Positions 58,837 to 64,000 of a stretch of 64,000 nucleotides of DNA are shown here, in pieces (position 1 is the stretch's first letter; each line of letters opens with the position of its first letter). The stretch is from Patescibacteria group bacterium (GTDB lineage: Bacteria; Patescibacteriota; Patescibacteriia; UBA1558; GWA2-36-10). The translations under genes and the position numbers were made by a program. The stretch is taken from positions 4,387 through 68,386 of the forward strand of contig JBAZKN010000001.1 in assembly GCA_041650755.1 (NCBI GenBank), read 5' to 3'. The notes under the pieces were generated by a model, which had not been told where the DNA came from, searched no databases, and saw only the letters and a program-made list of their open reading frames with translations.

Positions 58837-59775
58837 ATGAAAAAAATAAGATTATCCCTAACCAAAATACCTAAGCCGAATAAAAAATGGCTGGTCGCAG
58901 TTGTGATTATTATTTTATTGGCCGCTAGTCAGTGGTGGTCAATTCGTATGATTTATAATCAACAATTTAAAGGCCAAACCGCTTTGTGGTTAGCCAGGGT
59001 TTATCATTTATCAGCCGGGCAAGCCATCAAAGATGAAAAGCAGATAAAAGTCGTCCTGTATGATTATCTGATTAATAAAGATTTGGGCCAGCGCTACGTG
59101 GCTCAGCAGTTGGCCAGTGGGATGAAGCCAGGAGAAGTATTGTCAGATGAAAATATCGGTGACGCAGCTTGGCAGAAGATTTTGAAAGAGGCTTGGCTGC
59201 AAGAGATTGCCAAACAGCACGGCATTAAGGTGACCGATCAAGATGTGGCAGAATATTTGAAAGGTGTTGATGATTTGGAGGCGATGAAACAAAGCGTTAC
59301 CAATGGTCTAAAAGTCTCCTTTTCGGTTTACCAGAAATTTATTATCAAACCATTAGTGTTGGAGGCTAAAGTTTACCAATATATGCTAGAGAATTTTAAC
59401 GATATGGATGGTATAAAAAAAGCCCAGGCCGCTTATGACGCTTTAGTCAAGGAAAAAAGAGATTTCAAGGAAGTGGCCCAAGAATATTCAGACGATATGC
59501 AGTATATAGGTAACAGTTTGTTTTTAAAAGAGAGCCAGCTAAGCAATTTTGATGAACCAATAAAAAGTTTGGAGCCGGGCGGCTATAGCAGAATAGTGAT
59601 TTTGCCAGGCGATCCTGGCGCTTATGTTATTTGGCGGCTGGAGACCAAAACTACCGATCCTGAGACCCAGGAAAATATTTATGAGTTGAGGGGTATTGCA
59701 GTTGCCGCCAAAAGTATAGGCGCATTTTTCAATGATTATTTGAGTGGCGCCCAGATTAACCGATGGTATAAATGA
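58837..59775 (+). CDS. SurA/PrsA-like peptidyl-prolyl isomerase/foldase
   Basis: TM anchor; FKEVAQEYSDD rotamase-like motif. Confidence 0.7.
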   Translation: MKKIRLSLTKIPKPNKKWLVAVVIIILLAASQWWSIRMIYNQQFKGQTALWLARVYHLSAGQAIKDEKQIKVVLYDYLINKDLGQRYVAQQLASGMKPGEVLSDENIGDAAWQKILKEAWLQEIAKQHGIKVTDQDVAEYLKGVDDLEAMKQSVTNGLKVSFSVYQKFIIKPLVLEAKVYQYMLENFNDMDGIKKAQAAYDALVKEKRDFKEVAQEYSDDMQYIGNSLFLKESQLSNFDEPIKSLEPGGYSRIVILPGDPGAYVIWRLETKTTDPETQENIYELRGIAVAAKSIGAFFNDYLSGAQINRWYK

Positions 59776-60737
59776 AAAAATTCGTTCGCTTAATATTTTT
59801 ATTGTTTATCTTTTGTTTGTTCTGGCCAACGGGCAGTCAAGCAGAGTTGGAAGTGATTAATACCGATTTTTTCCATACTTTGACCAAAAACGGCATTACT
59901 ATAGATTTGGTGTCGTTTGCGCCTAGTATTAATCAATGGGTGGTGGTGATGGATGAGGTGGATGGCTATCAACAAATCGGCATTTATCCCAATAATCAGC
60001 CAGTTAGCTATACCATTAGAGCTAAGCTCGCTCTTGAATATCAGCCGTTAGACGCAGTGGAGTGGTTGGCTGCCGATGGAGTTATTATCCAGGATAAACA
60101 GATCAGGGTGCGGCCAGCGCCGATAGCCAAACAATGGGCGCAATCAGACGACGGCCAAGTAGTTTTAAATATCAAGCCAGATCAGGCCGCGATAGAATTG
60201 TTTACCGTAGACACAAGCGACCAAATTGGCTTAGCATCCGAGGTTTATAAGATTAGTAGCCAAGTGCTAAATTACCAGATAAAATTTTATTATCAGGCTG
60301 ATGACAGCATAGCTAGAACTTTATATAGCTATGATCAGGTGGGCGGAGTTTGGCAGCCGCTAAAATCTTATCATAATCCCGAAGAGAATTTTTTGACTTT
60401 AGACATCAAAAATCAGGCACAGGATTTGATTATAGCGATTGTGGCTGATGGAGAAGCTTATGATGGAGTGGCCAGCTTTTATAATCAGGCTCGTTATCGC
60501 GCCTTTAATTATAAAAATGGTAATTTCGCGGCTTCAACTATCTATCCCAAAGGCACCAAGCTGAAAGTGACCCGCATTTTGACCGGCCAATCAGTAGTGG
60601 TGACCGTCAATGATTATGGCCCAGAGTCAAGGACCGGCCGCCTGATAGATCTTGATATATCTGCCTTTAAAAAAATCGGCTCAACTAGAGCCGGAATAAT
60701 ATATGTGAGAGTGGAACCCTATGATCAAGCTAAATAA
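59772..60737 (+). CDS. RlpA-like (DPBB) septal lytic transglycosylase domain protein
   Basis: C-terminal GVASFY...AAS...VNDYGP...IDL motif. Confidence 0.8.
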   Translation: MKKFVRLIFLLFIFCLFWPTGSQAELEVINTDFFHTLTKNGITIDLVSFAPSINQWVVVMDEVDGYQQIGIYPNNQPVSYTIRAKLALEYQPLDAVEWLAADGVIIQDKQIRVRPAPIAKQWAQSDDGQVVLNIKPDQAAIELFTVDTSDQIGLASEVYKISSQVLNYQIKFYYQADDSIARTLYSYDQVGGVWQPLKSYHNPEENFLTLDIKNQAQDLIIAIVADGEAYDGVASFYNQARYRAFNYKNGNFAASTIYPKGTKLKVTRILTGQSVVVTVNDYGPESRTGRLIDLDISAFKKIGSTRAGIIYVRVEPYDQAK

Positions 60738-61401
60738 TTTATCCAAAGTCTATAAAAAGAACATTCAGGCTTTGCGCGATATCAATCTGCACATCAAGCC
60801 GGGCGAATTTGTATCAGTGGTCGGCCAAAGTGGATCAGGCAAATCTACCTTGATCAAGCTTATCATTGCTGAAGAAAAGCCAAGTTCAGGGACTATAGTA
60901 ATTGGCGGCTGGGACACTACTCATATCAAAGATAGAGAAATACCCACTCTGCGCCGGCAGCTGGGCGTGATTTTTCAGGATTTTAAACTTTTGCCCAAAA
61001 AGACAGTCTATGAAAATATAGCTTTTGCTATGGAGGTTTGCGGTTTCAAGTCAGTTGAGATCAAAAAGATTGTGCCACAAATGATGTCCTTGGTAGGGCT
61101 AAAAGACAAGGCTGATCGTTATCCGCATCAGCTGTCTGGTGGTGAACAACAACGGGTAGCCATTGCGCGCAGCCTGGTTCACAAGCCAAAATTATTGGTA
61201 GCCGATGAGCCAACAGGGAACCTAGATTCTATAAATACTCGGGAGATTATTGACTTGCTTAAAAAAATAAATAATCTAGGAACAACAGTGTTACTGGTCA
61301 CTCACAATCGAGAGGTGGTCAATAGTCTGCGCAGTCGGGTGATCACCTTAGATAGCGGATATATTATTAGTGATCAAGTTCAGGGTCGTTATCTCTTGTA
61401 G
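60721..61401 (+). CDS. ftsE: Cell division ATP-binding protein FtsE
   Basis: GQSGSGKST, FQDFKLL and LSGGEQQR motifs; upstream of ftsX. Confidence 0.93.
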   Translation: MIKLNNLSKVYKKNIQALRDINLHIKPGEFVSVVGQSGSGKSTLIKLIIAEEKPSSGTIVIGGWDTTHIKDREIPTLRRQLGVIFQDFKLLPKKTVYENIAFAMEVCGFKSVEIKKIVPQMMSLVGLKDKADRYPHQLSGGEQQRVAIARSLVHKPKLLVADEPTGNLDSINTREIIDLLKKINNLGTTVLLVTHNREVVNSLRSRVITLDSGYIISDQVQGRYLL

Positions 61402-61421
61402 AAAAAAATAAAATAAAATAT

Positions 61422-62339
61422 ATGCACAGCATTGTTCGGATTATAAAATTCGCCCTGCAGGGTGTAGCCAGAAATTTTTGGTTGTCGATTGTGACTGTGA
61501 CCATGATGTTGATGGCCTTGTTTTCTGTCACCTTGCTTTTGGGTATTGATTATATCAAGCAGGCTACTATCAAGGGCATGGAGCAAAAAGTGGATATTTT
61601 GATTTCCCTGAAGCCAAATATTGATAAGGCTCGCTTAGACATACTCTATGATGACTTGAAATATTTGCCCGAAGTGCAAAAAGTCACCATCATCACTCCG
61701 GAAGAAAATAAAGCTTTGTTTGAAAAAAATAACGCCGATAGCCGCGTGCGCAAAGCGCTGGAGGTTTTTGATGCCAACGAAAACCCCTTCAGTTATTCTT
61801 TGGCGGTCAATGCTTATAATTTGGATCAATACCAAAAAATATTAGATTTTGTGAAACAAGACAAATACCAAGATTTGGTGGAGGATAGCGCCTTTCGTGA
61901 CTATGAGAGCTTTGTCAACAAGATAGATAATATTTCCAAGGCAGTGAATCGCTATAGCTGGTATATTATCTTGATATTTTTATTGATTTCGGTAGTGGTG
62001 ATTTTCAACACTATTCGTATGAGCATCTACACCCGTCGAGACGAAATTGTCATCATGAGACTAGTGGGGGCCAGCAGTTGGTTTGTGCGGGCGCCATTTT
62101 TGCTAGAAAGCATTTTGTATGCCTTGGCGGCCACACTGATATTGGTTGGCGTTGTTTATTCGGTAGTTAATTTATTACAACCATCACTCAATACCTATTT
62201 TCAGGGCGAGGCAGTAATAAATCTTTTGCAATATTTCCAGAGTAATTTCTGGTTTATCTTTGGCGGCGAGTTTATTGTTTTGGTATTTTTAAATATTGTC
62301 AGTACAGCCCTAGCTATTAGAAAATATCTTAAAGTTTAG
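61422..62339 (+). CDS. ftsX: Cell division permease FtsX
   Basis: NTIRMSIYTRRDEIVIMRLVGAS...PFLLE motif. Confidence 0.92.
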   Translation: MHSIVRIIKFALQGVARNFWLSIVTVTMMLMALFSVTLLLGIDYIKQATIKGMEQKVDILISLKPNIDKARLDILYDDLKYLPEVQKVTIITPEENKALFEKNNADSRVRKALEVFDANENPFSYSLAVNAYNLDQYQKILDFVKQDKYQDLVEDSAFRDYESFVNKIDNISKAVNRYSWYIILIFLLISVVVIFNTIRMSIYTRRDEIVIMRLVGASSWFVRAPFLLESILYALAATLILVGVVYSVVNLLQPSLNTYFQGEAVINLLQYFQSNFWFIFGGEFIVLVFLNIVSTALAIRKYLKV

Positions 62340-62386
62340 AAACAAAAAACCAGCCCTTAAGTTTTTGGGGCTGATTTTTTATTTTA

Positions 62387-62665
62387 TTATTGAGGAATGA
62401 CGTCTATATAACGGGCGGTTTTTAGGGCAGAGTCAAAACGTCTTTTCTTCAAGCTGCGAAACTTGACTACTCCAGTTATTTTAGCAAATAAAGTATCGTC
62501 TTTTCCGCGTTTGACATTTAAACCAGCTTTAAACTTGGTGCCGCGTTGGCGTACCAAAATTGAGCCAGCCTTAGCTTTTTGACCAGCAAAAAGCTTGACG
62601 CCTAAGCGCTGACTTTGTGAATCTCGGCCTAAACTTGTAGAACCCTGTTGCTTCTTATGTGCCAT
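62387..62665 (-). CDS. rpmA: 50S ribosomal protein L27
   Basis: MAHKK...GRDS..RLGVK and RQRGT motifs. Confidence 0.97.
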   Translation of the reverse strand: MAHKKQQGSTSLGRDSQSQRLGVKLFAGQKAKAGSILVRQRGTKFKAGLNVKRGKDDTLFAKITGVVKFRSLKKRRFDSALKTARYIDVIPQ

Positions 62666-62907
62666 ATGGTTGGATTATTTTTACTAAAAACAGTGTTTAC
62701 CATGATACTAAAAAAAGTCCATTATGTCAATAGAAGAGAGGCTTTGGGCTATATTTTAAAGAGTTTTCCAGGTTTGTTTTTTGGGTACAAAATTGAGGTA
62801 TTTAAAATAGCTCATTTTGCGGGCGTATTTTCGCAAAAGTTCGTCTTCTTTATTTAAGCGCAAACGTCTATACCAATATTTTATTTTTCTTTTTGATGTC
62901 ATAATTT

Positions 62908-63507
62908 TTAGGCAAAGGTCCTTAAAATACCGCGTACAATACCCTGAATAGCCGGATTTTTGTCATAAATGGGCCTCATGTTATGATTGGCTGGCTGCAA
63001 GCGAATCCGATTTTTTTCGCGGTAATATTTTTTGAGGGTAGCATAGGTATTGTCTAAAAGCGCCACTACTACGTCGCCATTTTGGGGGTAATAATTTCTT
63101 TCAACAATCACATAATCGCCATCCAAGATGCCATCCTCGATCATGGAATCTCCGCGGACTTTGAGCACAAAGCTGTTTTCATCTCGTACCATGTTTTGGG
63201 GTATGGCGATGGTTTCATGCTCTTCAATGGCTTCAATTGGTTCACCGGCGGTGATTAAGCCGGCTAATGGTAACTCAATGGCCTTGCCAAAACGAAAGCT
63301 GGTGATCTCCAGAGAGCGAGCGGCTTTGTGAGTGCTGCTGATCAGGCCCTTGTCTTCCAAAGCCTTGATGTGCTCATGCACAGTAGCGGTAGAGGACAGA
63401 CCAAAGTATTCGGCAATTTCTCGATAGCTAGGTGCAAAGCCTTGGGTATTGATAAATTCTGTGACATAGTCCAGAATTTGTTTTTGTTTTTTAGTGAGGT
63501 GCGGCAT
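62908..63507 (-). CDS. lexA: SOS repressor LexA
   Basis: wHTH with PSYREI; AG cleavage site; GDSM serine and TLK lysine catalytic dyad. Confidence 0.96.
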   Translation of the reverse strand: MPHLTKKQKQILDYVTEFINTQGFAPSYREIAEYFGLSSTATVHEHIKALEDKGLISSTHKAARSLEITSFRFGKAIELPLAGLITAGEPIEAIEEHETIAIPQNMVRDENSFVLKVRGDSMIEDGILDGDYVIVERNYYPQNGDVVVALLDNTYATLKKYYREKNRIRLQPANHNMRPIYDKNPAIQGIVRGILRTFA

Positions 63508-63513
63508 ATGTTT

Positions 63514-63625
63514 TGGCTTATGGCTTGTATCTTATAGTTAATAGTTTGTGGCTTATGGCTTGTGGTAGCTTGTGGCAAATAGCCTATAGGTGAAATACAG
63601 GCTTATCACCATAGGCTATATGCCA
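63514..63625. repeat. 7-bp periodic repeat plus hairpin in the lexA leader
   Basis: tggctta tggcttg tatctta tagttaa tagtttg tggctta tggcttg; hairpin at 63573-63625. Confidence 0.65.
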
Positions 63626-63639
63626 TTTGCTATAATCTA

Positions 63640-63669
63640 ATTATATACCGAACAAAAACCGAACGTCAA
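63640..63669 (-). promoter_or_regulatory. lexA promoter with direct-repeat operator TTCGG-N6-TTCGG
   Basis: Minus strand reads TTGACG-ttcggtttttgttcggta-TATAAT; the repeat fills the promoter spacer. Confidence 0.7.
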
Positions 63670-63736
63670 GGATATGGTTGTGGATAAGTTTTTTATAATA
63701 AAAAAACCGCTAGAATCAGCAGCTTTTAAAAATATA

Positions 63737-64000
63737 TTATTGTATTGTCAGATAAAAATTTTCTTCAGGTGTCAGCACAAAAAGCCTGTCTCCCTTTTTA
63801 TTAAAAAGATAATATTTTTTCAATTGGTTATTCAAAAGCTCAATAGTGTTTCTCTGGTCGCGGCCGTCAATTTCTATCAAATAGGTTTGGCCATTGATTT
63901 CATCTATAAAATAACTGCCGTTGGGGTGCCAGAAGACATCGCTGACAACTTGGGAAGAGCGATCAACCAAGCTTTGCCAGTTATTTTTATAGTCATATAA
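63737..64000 (-). CDS. 3' end of a beta-propeller-like hypothetical protein (truncated by window edge)
   Basis: Open frame from the window edge: LYDYKNNWQSLVDRSSQVVSDVFWHPNGSY...IEIDGRDQRN. Confidence 0.65.
   Translation of the reverse strand, partial: LYDYKNNWQSLVDRSSQVVSDVFWHPNGSYFIDEINGQTYLIEIDGRDQRNTIELLNNQLKKYYLFNKKGDRLFVLTPEENFYLTIQ

Noticed and set aside
63674-64000. 108-aa plus-strand ORF at the window end
   Set aside because: The minus-strand frame (63737-64000) has more protein-like composition and is co-oriented with lexA and rpmA.

Overview
AT-rich bacterial chromosome segment read with genetic code 11. The gene set and style suggest a Patescibacteria/CPR (Parcubacteria-like) genome; this is inference from Shine-Dalgarno-less AT-rich starts, a compact aspS, a DUF5663-like protein and a MEMO-CapA fusion. 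The backbone carries a copper-efflux operon (csoR-copA-DsbD/cupredoxin-copZ), ABC transporters, trpS, asnS, aspS, a NuoF-like plus [FeFe]-hydrogenase pair, scpAB-rluB-dac-tpiA-fba, three tRNAs, surface proteins with dockerin-like repeats, mutM, dus, corA, ftsB-prsA-rlpA-ftsEX, rpmA and lexA. A ~14.2 kb island is integrated in tRNA-Thr(GGT), bounded by a 47-bp direct repeat, with a tyrosine recombinase at each end. It carries defence-like orphans and a GC-richer five-gene operon (methyltransferase, Gfo/Idh/MocA dehydrogenase, divergent phosphopentomutase, DegT aminotransferase, GpgS-like glycosyltransferase) next to a Nudix hydrolase. That enzyme set parallels puromycin-type 3'-amino-3'-deoxynucleoside biosynthesis. 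Separately, the window holds at least seven self-contained GC-rich units of the form TTGAC promoter, cargo, hairpin terminator. Three of them look like unannotated hairpin-array ncRNAs, and the others are SD-led genes in a genome whose native genes largely lack SD sequences.
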